Assembly (NCBI GenBank): GCA_038747545.1
Contig: JBCDJT010000002.1
Span: forward strand, 25,041 to 89,040
DNA from: Bacteroidota bacterium
GTDB lineage: Bacteria; Bacteroidota; Rhodothermia; Rhodothermales; JBCCMF01
Direction of reading: 5' to 3'
Length of the DNA: 64,000 nt
Shown: in pieces, positions 54,861 through 63,685 of the stretch
Position numbering within the stretch: position 1 is the stretch's first letter
Layout: every line of letters begins with the position of its first letter
Position numbers and translations under genes: made by a program
The notes under the pieces: model-generated
What the model saw: the letters and a program-made list of their open reading frames with translations, nothing else
Told to the model about the DNA's origin: nothing
Database searches by the model: none

Positions 54861-55349
54861 CTACCCTGGCACAGCCTGCTTCTCCTGGTCCCAGGCTTGC
54901 AGGAACTGCCGATGGAAGGTCTCCATCAGCGTGTAAAACGCCTCCATCTCTTGCATGCGCTGGTTGAAGTAGGCGACCTCTGGGTCTGCTGCGGCCAGCG
55001 CCTCAGAGTGCTGAGCAAAGCGCTCGCCGAGCTTCCGGTTTTTCCGCATGGAGGAGGTGTAGTTGCGGAATGCCTGGCCGAAGATGTCCTCGGTGGCCCG
55101 GTAGTAGTCCTTGCGTTCGCCGGGTATCCAGACCTTCTCGATGAGGTTGTGGTCTTTCAGGCGGCGAGCGATCTGCGAAATCGGCCCCTTGCTCATCTGG
55201 AGTTCTTCCGAAATCTGGTCGAGCGAAAGCGCTTCCGGCGTGATGAGTAGTAGAGCGACGATCTTCCCCATCAACGAGCTGTATCCCAAGTTCTGGTAGG
55301 CTTGGGAGTACGCGTCGATGAGCTGCAGTTTGAGGTCGTCTTTAGTCAA
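54861..55349 (-). CDS. GbsR/MarR-type winged-helix transcriptional regulator
   Basis: LIDAYSQAYQNLGYSSLMGKIVALLLITPEALSLDQISEELQMSKGPISQIARRLKDHNLIEKVWIPGERKDYYRA is the GbsR-family pattern. The start is uncertain: the track ORF runs to 55469 through AT-rich, intergenic-looking DNA, so I prefer TTG 55349 (low certainty). Confidence 0.7.
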   Translation of the reverse strand: MTKDDLKLQLIDAYSQAYQNLGYSSLMGKIVALLLITPEALSLDQISEELQMSKGPISQIARRLKDHNLIEKVWIPGERKDYYRATEDIFGQAFRNYTSSMRKNRKLGERFAQHSEALAAADPEVAYFNQRMQEMEAFYTLMETFHRQFLQAWDQEKQAVPG

Positions 55350-55364
55350 GATTCTCGTTTTGCG

Positions 55365-55380
55365 TTTGATTTGTATCAAA
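55365..55380. promoter_or_regulatory. 16-bp palindrome TTTGATACAAATCAAA upstream of the regulator gene (candidate autoregulatory operator)
   Basis: The half-sites TTTGA/TCAAA and the spacing are the same as in the palindrome at 54805-54820. Confidence 0.4.
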
Positions 55381-55499
55381 TACTGAAAAAGTAGAGCGGA
55401 TAGCAAGTACTTTTTTCGATTAGTGCGCTGAATATCGCGGGAGCGTGGCCGAGCGGGGTAGTATCCCAACGGTGGGAGCCGTCCCCGAGGAGGACAACG

Positions 55500-57950
55500 C
55501 TACTCAGCGTTGAGGAGACGTACCGCGGTTGCATACGCCTCGGGCATGGCATCGGCCGCGGTCTCCACATCGGTGAAGGCGTGCAGCAAGCGGCGCGCTT
55601 CGGGCCGTCCCCCCTGTTGGCTGTGCAGCGCCAGGCCTAAGCTGTACAAGAGGTTGAGGCGGTGCGGCGCCTCAGCGGCATACACCACAGAGTCGATGCG
55701 CAGCGCCTCGCGGTAGTGATAAATTGACTCGGTGTGGCGCTCCTGAAGATGATAGAGGTAACCTAGCCAGCCGTGTGTGTTCGACAGGTTGGAGTGCGGT
55801 TCTCCGAAGACCGTGCGAGAGATGTCGATGCCCACGTGAAGCAGAGATTCAGCCTCAGCGACCTCACCATTCTGGATCAAGAGGCCTGCCAGCTGATCGA
55901 TGGAATCGGTGACGTCAGGGTGGTTGCGGCCAAGAAATGCGATAGTGGTGGCTAGCGCTTGGCGGGACAGCGTCTCGGCTTCGTCCATCTCGCCTCGAAG
56001 CTCAAGCAGGCTGACCAAGTTGTGCTGCGTGTACGACACAAGCAGATGATCGGCGCCCAACAGGTCGATCCGCAGGGCCAGCGAAGCCCGGAGCAGTGCT
56101 TCCGCTTCCTGTACATCGCCGAGGTCTTGCACCGCCAGCGCGAGGTTGTTCTGCACCTTAGCTAGACTCACGGACGGCGGCTCATCACGGTGCAGTTGGT
56201 GCGCTTGCCGCAAGTAGTACGCGGCGGAGTCGGGCATGGTGCGCATCCAATACGTAGTACCCACTCGGTCGAGGGTCTCGGCAAGAACGGTTGGTACTGT
56301 CGTATGCTGGCGCTGGATGGCTAGAGCGCGCAGCGCCAACGTCGTCGCCTCGCGTGGGCGGTCTTGGTCTTCGCGCAGTGCGCTGAGGCGCAAGTAGCTC
56401 TCCGCCACCTCGGGCGCATCGGGGCCGTGTGCGTCCTGCCGTAACGCTAGGGCCTCCAGGAGCAGCGAGTCGGCCTGCTCAAAGAGCGCCAAGTCGGCGT
56501 ATACGTCGCCGATGCGGGTTTGCAGCGTAGCACGCATGGCAGGCTCTGTGTTGAGTTCAGAAGCCAGGCGCTCCGTGCCGAACTGGAGCAGTTCCAGGGC
56601 TGTCGTCTCGGGCGTCACTAGCCCGGCCTCGCTGTACGGACTGGCGCCACGGAAGAGGGTGCCCAGGAAGTCGGCTACCGATTCTGATTCGCGCCGTGCC
56701 TCCTCGGCTGCGACCTGGGCGGCTTCGGCGGTATGCCGCAATGTTCGTTCGCGGAGGCCTACGACTACCAGAGCCGCCACCACGACGAGCACACTCGCAA
56801 CGGCCCACCTATGGCGCTGGATGAACTTGCGCGCCAGGTACCCAGCGGTCGGCACGCGCGCAGTGACGGGCGCTCCGGCCAAGTGCTGGCGGAGGTCGGC
56901 GGCGAAGGCTTCGACGGAGGTGTACCTGTCCGCGGGGGCCTTGCGCAGTGCCTTGAGGGCGATGGCGTCTAAGTCACCGTGCAGCCGCCGCGCCCGCCGT
57001 GCCGACTCGCGGCTGGGCGAGAGCGTCTGCACGCGCATTGAGGGCCGCACGGGGTCACGCTCGCAAATCAGCGTCTCAACTTGCCGTGGCGAGCACCCCT
57101 CCAGCGCGTAGGCGCGCACATCGGTGAGCAGCTCATAAAGGATGAGGCCGAGCGCATAGACATCGGTGGCGGTGCTGTGGGGCTGCCCTAAGAGCTGTTC
57201 AGGGGCGGCATAGGCGGGCGTGAGCACCTGCTGCCCGGTGCGCGTGAGTTGTAGATGTCGGTCGTCGTGCGTGTCGTCCGGCTCAACGAGCTTGGCAATG
57301 CCGAAGTCGAGCAGCTTCGGCTGCCCCTCAGCATCCACCAAGATGTTACTCGGTTTGAGGTCGCGGTGGATGATAAGGTGCTGGTGGGCGTACTGCACGG
57401 CATCGCACACATGCAGAAAGAGGCGGAGGCGCTCATCCAAGGCGCAACGGTGGTGCTGCACATAGGCTGTCACCGGCTGGCCGTCTACATACTCCATGAC
57501 GAAGTACGGCAACTGGGCGTCCGTCGCGCCTGCATCCATCAGCCGAGCGATGTGGGGGTGCTGGAGCTTGGCCAGGAAGCGTTGCTCTTGCACAAAACGC
57601 TGCCGCAACACGTCCGAGGGAAAGGGATAGCGCAGCAACTTGAGGGCTACGTGTGTATCGAGGTCGCCGCGGTGGGCTAGAAATACCGCGCCCATCCCTC
57701 CGCGGCCAATCGCCTTCACCAAGCGGTAGGGGCCAAGCTGTTCAAGGTGGGGTGGGATCTGGGGCACCTGCCAGGCAGGCATAGCGTCCAGGTACGCGGG
57801 CGCATCGGCATCGGCAGCTAAGAGGCTCAACACCTCGCGGGCCAGCGCCTGGTCATCGCCTGCGGCGGCCTCCACGAAGGCGCGCGGGTCGGCGTGGGCC
57901 AGCGCTTCCTCAAAGAGCTGCTGAACGTGAGGCCAGTGTGCAGAGTCCAT
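55500..57950 (-). CDS. Ser/Thr protein kinase with one TM segment and C-terminal TPR repeats
   Basis: 816 aa from ATG 57950. Kinase motifs GRGGMGAVFLA, VALK, HRDLKPSNILV, DFGIAK and APE; TM WAVASVLVVVAALVVVGL; then repeated TPR-like helices. The track ORF is over-extended by 122 codons. Confidence 0.85.
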   Translation of the reverse strand: MDSAHWPHVQQLFEEALAHADPRAFVEAAAGDDQALAREVLSLLAADADAPAYLDAMPAWQVPQIPPHLEQLGPYRLVKAIGRGGMGAVFLAHRGDLDTHVALKLLRYPFPSDVLRQRFVQEQRFLAKLQHPHIARLMDAGATDAQLPYFVMEYVDGQPVTAYVQHHRCALDERLRLFLHVCDAVQYAHQHLIIHRDLKPSNILVDAEGQPKLLDFGIAKLVEPDDTHDDRHLQLTRTGQQVLTPAYAAPEQLLGQPHSTATDVYALGLILYELLTDVRAYALEGCSPRQVETLICERDPVRPSMRVQTLSPSRESARRARRLHGDLDAIALKALRKAPADRYTSVEAFAADLRQHLAGAPVTARVPTAGYLARKFIQRHRWAVASVLVVVAALVVVGLRERTLRHTAEAAQVAAEEARRESESVADFLGTLFRGASPYSEAGLVTPETTALELLQFGTERLASELNTEPAMRATLQTRIGDVYADLALFEQADSLLLEALALRQDAHGPDAPEVAESYLRLSALREDQDRPREATTLALRALAIQRQHTTVPTVLAETLDRVGTTYWMRTMPDSAAYYLRQAHQLHRDEPPSVSLAKVQNNLALAVQDLGDVQEAEALLRASLALRIDLLGADHLLVSYTQHNLVSLLELRGEMDEAETLSRQALATTIAFLGRNHPDVTDSIDQLAGLLIQNGEVAEAESLLHVGIDISRTVFGEPHSNLSNTHGWLGYLYHLQERHTESIYHYREALRIDSVVYAAEAPHRLNLLYSLGLALHSQQGGRPEARRLLHAFTDVETAADAMPEAYATAVRLLNAE

Positions 57951-58109
57951 AACGCCAGAGCGACGGTGAGGCCTGAAGATACACGACATCCAGCACACAG
58001 GCACGCGTGTGGCGCTGCCGAATGGCGGGCCCTGCCGGAAACGGTGCCTCGCATTGTGGGTTGGAGAGCCCTCGCACAGAAACCAACCGGGTTGATTCTC
58101 CGACCGCCT

Positions 58110-58511
58110 ATGGCTACCTACACCGAACGCAGCGCCTACCCGCATCCCGGCGACTTCAAAGTGATGCGTCCCGAATACACCGAACTGGACGAGGATGGGC
58201 TCTACACCGCATCTATTACCATCGCCCCGTTCAAGGTGGTGGGCAAGAGCGCTACGATGGCTGGCGCCCGCCGCGCTGCGCTCTACGAGGCCGACAAGAC
58301 CTACCGCTCGTACCATCCGTCATACCGCGTCAAGAGCCCCTTTCCCGAGGAGTTCGAGGACTCGGAAGGCGTGACGTGGACGCGCGTGCCGCAGGTGCAA
58401 CGCACCATGCTGGGCGACTACAAGTTTACCGACGCCGATGGCGAGGAAGACTACGCCAACATCGAGACGATGCTGCTGTGGGGCGTGCGGCCAGTCTCCC
58501 AATACGAGTAG
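58110..58511 (+). CDS. Hypothetical small acidic protein
   Basis: 133 aa from ATG 58110 (MATYTERSAYPHPGDFKVMRPEYTELDEDG...). GC3-rich codon usage resembles the neighbouring genes. No family recognised. Confidence 0.45.
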   Translation: MATYTERSAYPHPGDFKVMRPEYTELDEDGLYTASITIAPFKVVGKSATMAGARRAALYEADKTYRSYHPSYRVKSPFPEEFEDSEGVTWTRVPQVQRTMLGDYKFTDADGEEDYANIETMLLWGVRPVSQYE

Positions 58512-58637
58512 CGGCCTGGGCAGCGCCCTTATTTTTCCCTGAGGATAGTCCGATATTGAGAAACGGCGCAGCAGTCGCCTTGTGCAGCTGCTGTGCGCAT
58601 CATCCTGCCCTTGCTGTTCTGAAGTATAGAAGAGCTC

Positions 58638-60584
58638 ATGCTCCCCGCCGCCGCGACCACAAGCGCCCTCGCCGCCGAAAACCAGCGGCTCCGCGACGAG
58701 AATGCCCGCCTCCGCGCGCTACTAGCGCACGACGATGGCGCGTCTCCTCACGCTGAGGTAAAGCCGGAAGTAGCATGGTCGGCCTCGCATCAGGCCCTCC
58801 TCAGTAAGTTGCCCGCTGGCATCGTATACGTAGACGAGCAGCAGCGCCTGCACTTCAACCGCCACGTTGAAGCGATTATTGGGTACACGGCGGAGCAGAT
58901 CCCGACGCTTGAGGCGTGGTTCGCCACGCTCTACCCAGGGCAGAGCGCCGCCGTCCAGGCGATCTACCGCGGCGACCGCGAACTCGGCTTCCCGCACCCC
59001 ACCACCGTACCCGTCCACTGCGCCGATGGCGTGACGCGGCACGTGCGGTTTCAGGGATACTACGACGTGGGTGCCGAGTATTGGCTCCTCACCGATATCA
59101 CCGACGAGGTGGCGGCGCAGACGGCGCTGGCGCAAAGCGAAGGGTTTTTGCGCAGCATCTACGAAGGCACCGACGTAGCCACCTGGGTGATGGATGTGGA
59201 CCCTGACGGTACCATTCACTTCGTGGCTAACAACGCGGCCTTTGAGCGGCTGACCGGATTCAGCGAAGCGTACATCGCGGGCCGCACCCCTGATGAGCTG
59301 GCGCCGCGCATTCCTCGCGAAGCTGTTGAGCAGATCAAAGCCAATTACCAACGCTGCCTCGACACGCGGGCGTTCACGACCTATGAGGAGTGCGTACCCA
59401 TTGACGGTGAAGACCACTGGTGGGTGACCAGTCTGACACCGCTGTTTGAGGATGGGCGCATCTGGCGCATCATCGGGTCCACCACCAACATCGATGCGCA
59501 GAAGCAGGTCGAGCTCCAACTGCGCGAGGCCCAGGTCTTCAGCGAACGCATCATTGAGGCGAGCCCCGACCTCACCTACGTGCTCGACCTCGAGACGATG
59601 GAGAACGTGTTCGTCAGCAGTCAAGTCAAAGAACTGCTTGGGCTGAGCGACGAAGAGGTGGGGGCGCCTGTGAAGCCCGAGATCCATCCCGAAGATGTGC
59701 CCAAGGTCATGGCACACCTCGCCCAAGCCGCTGACGCCACCGATGATCAGGTACGCGAACTGGAGTACCGCGCTCGCCACAGCGATGGCACCTGGCGGTG
59801 GTTCGTAGACCGCTCCGTACCGTTCCAGCGCACAGCAGCGGGAAGGGTCAAGACGGTCCTCGGCACCGTGGCCGACATGACCGAGCGCAAGGCGCATGAG
59901 CAGGCGCTTGAGCGCATGAATGCCGAGTTGAAGCAGTTCGCCTATGTGACCTCGCACGACCTCAGCGAACCGCTACGCACCATCCGCAGCTTCCTCGACT
60001 TGTTCAAGCGCCACTACGGTGAGCACGTTGACGAGCGGAGCGCCGAGTACCTGCGCTTCGTCCACGAAAGTGCCGCGCGCATGGAGCAGTTGCTTAAAGA
60101 CCTGCTGGCTTACTCGCGTGCCACGAATGGCGAGTTGCAGCCCACCGAGGTCCACCTCGACCTGGAGGTGCAGCGTATCGAGCGCGTGCTCGCCAAGAGC
60201 ATCGCAGAGAGTGGAGCAACCATTACCACGACCAATCTTCCTGTGGTAGCGGGCGACCGATCCACGCTGAGCGTGTTGCTGCAAAACCTCATCAGCAACG
60301 CGATCAAGTTTCGAGGCGCGGCTCCGCCCGAAATCGCGATCAGTGCCGTGGCAAACACCGCGGGCTGGATCATCAAGGTGCAGGACAACGGTATCGGGTT
60401 CGATCCGAAGCACGCAGGCCGCATCTTTAAGGTGTTTCAGCGGCTGCACACGCGCGACACCTATCCGGGCACGGGCATTGGATTGGCCATCTGTCAACGC
60501 ATTGTGGAGCGCCACGGCGGGCGCATCACGGCCACGGGCACCCCTGGAAAGGGCGCCACCTTTACCTTCACGCTAGCGCGCTAG
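58638..60584 (+). CDS. Multi-PAS sensor histidine kinase
   Basis: 648 aa. N-terminal coiled-coil-like ENQRLRDENARLRALL, three PAS-like regions, H-box FAYVTSHDLSEPLRTI, and ATPase motifs DNGIGF and GTGIGLAICQRIV. Confidence 0.9.
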   Translation: MLPAAATTSALAAENQRLRDENARLRALLAHDDGASPHAEVKPEVAWSASHQALLSKLPAGIVYVDEQQRLHFNRHVEAIIGYTAEQIPTLEAWFATLYPGQSAAVQAIYRGDRELGFPHPTTVPVHCADGVTRHVRFQGYYDVGAEYWLLTDITDEVAAQTALAQSEGFLRSIYEGTDVATWVMDVDPDGTIHFVANNAAFERLTGFSEAYIAGRTPDELAPRIPREAVEQIKANYQRCLDTRAFTTYEECVPIDGEDHWWVTSLTPLFEDGRIWRIIGSTTNIDAQKQVELQLREAQVFSERIIEASPDLTYVLDLETMENVFVSSQVKELLGLSDEEVGAPVKPEIHPEDVPKVMAHLAQAADATDDQVRELEYRARHSDGTWRWFVDRSVPFQRTAAGRVKTVLGTVADMTERKAHEQALERMNAELKQFAYVTSHDLSEPLRTIRSFLDLFKRHYGEHVDERSAEYLRFVHESAARMEQLLKDLLAYSRATNGELQPTEVHLDLEVQRIERVLAKSIAESGATITTTNLPVVAGDRSTLSVLLQNLISNAIKFRGAAPPEIAISAVANTAGWIIKVQDNGIGFDPKHAGRIFKVFQRLHTRDTYPGTGIGLAICQRIVERHGGRITATGTPGKGATFTFTLAR

Positions 60585-61228
60585 ACCAGCCCCTCGGCAC
60601 TGGCGAGGTGAGGGTACAGCCGGCGCAGGCGGATGAAGATCAGCACGTGCGTGGCGATGATGAGCGGCACGATGAACGTGGGCAATAAGCTCATGGGGAA
60701 GGCCGTGATGGCCGCCATCTGCTGCATATCGGCGAGGCCGAGCTGCAGCCCGCGGCCAACGACACTGAGGATGTCGAACAGGCCAACCACGTTCCAGATG
60801 AGCACAGTCCACCAGCGCCTGCGTGACGTAGCGGGAAGCGCGAAGAGGGCTACGCCGATTGCTGTGGAGGCAACAAATATGTCGCCCCATCCGGCGAATA
60901 GCGCAAACTCGGCGGGCAAGTCGCCGCGCGCGTGCAGCACCAGGAAGGCGATGCCTACGAAGCGGGTGACGTGGTAGAGGACGAGCATCCAAAGGGGTAT
61001 CGTCAGCGCCCACTGGCGGAAGGCGGGCACGAGGTACCCCGCCGCCAGCGCCGCCGCTACCAAGCCCCAGATGGTGACGCCCACCACAAACGCGGGAGGT
61101 TGGTAGAACACGCCAGACAGGCCTACGAGCACGGCAAGCCCAAACCACCCGCCGAGGGTGAGCACCAGGCGGCGGGGCCAAGCGGTGGACGTGGATGGCA
61201 CAGAAGAGGCTATAGGCATGAGGCGCAT
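60581..61228 (-). CDS. Hypothetical integral membrane protein
   Basis: 215 aa with about six hydrophobic segments. No family recognised. Divergent from the HxlR-type regulator gene. Confidence 0.55.
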   Translation of the reverse strand: MRLMPIASSVPSTSTAWPRRLVLTLGGWFGLAVLVGLSGVFYQPPAFVVGVTIWGLVAAALAAGYLVPAFRQWALTIPLWMLVLYHVTRFVGIAFLVLHARGDLPAEFALFAGWGDIFVASTAIGVALFALPATSRRRWWTVLIWNVVGLFDILSVVGRGLQLGLADMQQMAAITAFPMSLLPTFIVPLIIATHVLIFIRLRRLYPHLASAEGLV

Positions 61229-61341
61229 CGAGGTTGAGCGAGGAGAGCACGTGCGGCATAGGGTTCCGAGTGGAACGCGTTGCTAGACAGACAGTACGGA
61301 TAACAATGCTTTTATTCAATCGTTTAGTTTAAAAAATAATA

Positions 61342-62037
61342 GTGAATCGTCGAGCCTATCATCAGTTTTGCGGTCTAGCCAAGGCGCTCGACCTTGTGGG
61401 GGAGCGGTGGACACTGCTCATCGTTCGGAATCTGCTGCTGGGGCCGCTGCGCTACTCGGACCTACGCCACGGCCTGCCGGGCATCACAACCAACCTGCTC
61501 GCCAAGCGCCTCAAGGAGATGGAGGCGCACGGCTTGATCGAGCGCGTCCGGCGGACGCCCACGGCGCGGAGCTTCGCCTACCGCCTGTCGGAGCGCGGGG
61601 CGGCATTGGAGCCCGCCATCCATGCGCTGGGCCATTGGGGCATGTCAGAGATGCACACCGTCGGCGCCGAGGACGAGCGCCGCTTCGAGTGGCTGCTCGT
61701 GAGCGTCAAGCGGCGCTACCTCGGCGGGGCCACGTTGACGGCCGAACTCGTGGCCGACGATGTGCCCTACACGTTCCGACTCACCCCACAGGCCATCGCC
61801 ATCCAACGCGGCGCGGTGCCATCCCCTCAGCTCCGCCTTGCCGGGCCAGCCCCCGTGCTAGGACGCCTGCTGCTGGGGGCATACACGTCGGGTATGTTGC
61901 CCACATCCATCACCGTGGACGATCCCGCGGGTCACTTGGCATCCTTCCTCGCTGCTTTCCGGTACCCTGATCGCCTGCCTGTGCTGGCCAGCGAGGCGTC
62001 AGCCACCCAGGAGGGAGAGCAAGTACGCGCAGAATAG
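61342..62037 (+). CDS. HxlR-type winged-helix regulator with C-terminal SCP2-like extension
   Basis: GTG start. CGLAKALDLVGERWTLLIVRNLLLGPLRYSDLRHGLPGITTNLLAKRLKEMEAHGLIER is the HxlR signature. The C-terminal 110 aa assignment is tentative. Confidence 0.8.
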   Translation: MNRRAYHQFCGLAKALDLVGERWTLLIVRNLLLGPLRYSDLRHGLPGITTNLLAKRLKEMEAHGLIERVRRTPTARSFAYRLSERGAALEPAIHALGHWGMSEMHTVGAEDERRFEWLLVSVKRRYLGGATLTAELVADDVPYTFRLTPQAIAIQRGAVPSPQLRLAGPAPVLGRLLLGAYTSGMLPTSITVDDPAGHLASFLAAFRYPDRLPVLASEASATQEGEQVRAE

Positions 62038-63183
62038 CGCGGCGTAGATGCCCAGGAAGTAGCCGGCCACGGCCATCAGCAACCCCACGGGCGCCATCGC
62101 GGGGAGGTAGACGCCGGCCACGATGGGTGCGCTCGCCGCCCCGCCTACGTTGGCCATGCTGCCCGTCGCCACGAAGAAGAGCGGGGCCTTCAGCAGCTTG
62201 GCGGCGAGGAAGAGGATGCCGACGTGGATCAAGATCCACACCAGCCCTGCCAGCAGGTACAGCGGGGCTTCGAGCACTTTGGCAAGGTCGGCCTGGGCGC
62301 CGATCGTAGCGAGGAGCAGGTAGAGCGCTACGTAGCCGATCCGCGACGCGCCGACGCGCTCCAGCTTGCGCATGGGCGTGAACGACAGGGCCAGCCCGAG
62401 CGTCACCACGAGCAGCACGGCCCACGTGCTGTGGCTGATGATGGCGCCGAGGGCAGGCAGGGCGTCGCCCGCGAGGCGGCACAGGACGGCCGCGCCGAAA
62501 GCCAGGCCAAGCATCACCATCAGCTGTGCGATGCTGGTGGGCTCGCGCTCGGCGTCGAGGGCGCCCAGGCGTTCGTTGAGGTCATTGACGGCAGAGAGGT
62601 CCGCACCTACCCAGCGGTCGAAGCGGCCTTGCACGGCGCTGAGCGCAATCAGCACGCCCATCCAGCCGTAGCCCACCACGACATCCACCACGATCAGCGG
62701 TGCCAGCGTGTCTGCCGAGGCGCCCACGCTCTGCTGTATGGCCACCATGTTGGCGCCACCGCCAATCCAGCTACCTGAGAGCGCCGCGAAGCCTTTCCAC
62801 GCCTCGGGGTCTTCGAACAGTCCGCCAAACAGCGCAAACGACACGGGGCCGCCAATCACGATGCCGAGCGTCCCCGCAAGCATCATCGCCAGCGCCAAGC
62901 CGCCGAGCTTGAGGATGGCGGGCACATCCACGGCAATCATCAGCAGGAAGAGCGCCACAAGGAGCAGGTAGCGGCTGGCCCAACTGTAGAGCGGGTGCTC
63001 GGCGGGAATCACGCCCAGCGTGGTGAGCAGCATCGGCACAAAGTACGCCCAGATGACGGGCGGCAGGTACGTGTAGAGCTGCTTGAACGGCGGTACGTCG
63101 CGCACCGCAAAGACCACGGCCAGCACCCCAGCGAGGAGAGCAAACAGCGTGGTGGTATCGGTGATGAGGGCAGGCTCGGGCAT
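61999..63183 (-). CDS. DUF819-like polytopic membrane protein
   Basis: 394 aa with 10 or more TM segments. Family name is from memory of similar sequences (low certainty); the coding call is solid. Confidence 0.7.
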   Translation of the reverse strand: MPEPALITDTTTLFALLAGVLAVVFAVRDVPPFKQLYTYLPPVIWAYFVPMLLTTLGVIPAEHPLYSWASRYLLLVALFLLMIAVDVPAILKLGGLALAMMLAGTLGIVIGGPVSFALFGGLFEDPEAWKGFAALSGSWIGGGANMVAIQQSVGASADTLAPLIVVDVVVGYGWMGVLIALSAVQGRFDRWVGADLSAVNDLNERLGALDAEREPTSIAQLMVMLGLAFGAAVLCRLAGDALPALGAIISHSTWAVLLVVTLGLALSFTPMRKLERVGASRIGYVALYLLLATIGAQADLAKVLEAPLYLLAGLVWILIHVGILFLAAKLLKAPLFFVATGSMANVGGAASAPIVAGVYLPAMAPVGLLMAVAGYFLGIYAALFCAYLLSLLGG

Positions 63184-63265
63184 CGAAGCAGGACAGCCGT
63201 GGAGGAGCCGTGCAAGATGCGATCCTCACCTGTAGGCCGCAAGCCCAGCCATCAGAATACACGTG

Positions 63266-63685
63266 TCAGCCGAGCGCGTCGAACACCTCTATCACGCGCG
63301 GCGGCGCAGGGATCGGGCGCCCACGTTCGGCATCAACGAAGCAGAGCGTGACATGGCCCGTAACGAGGATCGGCTGCGTCTCGGCGTTGCGCACCTCGTA
63401 ATCGATGCGGAGGCGCATGCGCGGGCGCTCGCGGACGATTGAGGTGATGGCGAGCAGGTCGTCGTAGCGCGCCGGGCGCTTATACTGCACCGCGAGGTCG
63501 ATGACGGGCATGATGACGCCTTCGTCTTCCAGCGTTTTGTAGGCGAGGCCCATCTCGCGCAACGCTTCCGTGCGCGCCACCTCGAAGTAGTCGATGTAGT
63601 GCGTGTGGTACACCACCCCCATCGGGTCGCACTCGCGGTACCGGACGCGGTGCAGGTACACGTGATCCAGAACGGGGGCGCTCAT
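63266..63685 (-). CDS. 4HBT/YbgC-type acyl-CoA thioesterase
   Basis: VRYRECDPMGVVYHTHYIDYFEVARTEALREMGLAYKTLEDEGVIMPV is the hotdog-fold YbgC pattern. ATGA overlap with the accA stop at 63682-63685. Confidence 0.85.
   Translation of the reverse strand: MSAPVLDHVYLHRVRYRECDPMGVVYHTHYIDYFEVARTEALREMGLAYKTLEDEGVIMPVIDLAVQYKRPARYDDLLAITSIVRERPRMRLRIDYEVRNAETQPILVTGHVTLCFVDAERGRPIPAPPRVIEVFDALG

Noticed and set aside
48970-58316. Very long versions of ORFs in the track: 48970..51093 (707 aa), 50475..51896 (473 aa), 53063..54289 (408 aa), 55500..58316 (938 aa)
   Set aside because: The N-terminal extensions read through the upstream gene in another frame and are Arg/Pro/Gly-rich nonsense. Internal ATGs give canonical N-termini (MSATPHIELD..., MIHAVTYP..., MRTVRFIGTG..., MDSAHWPHVQQLFEEAL...) and ATGA coupling with the upstream stops, so I trimmed the starts.
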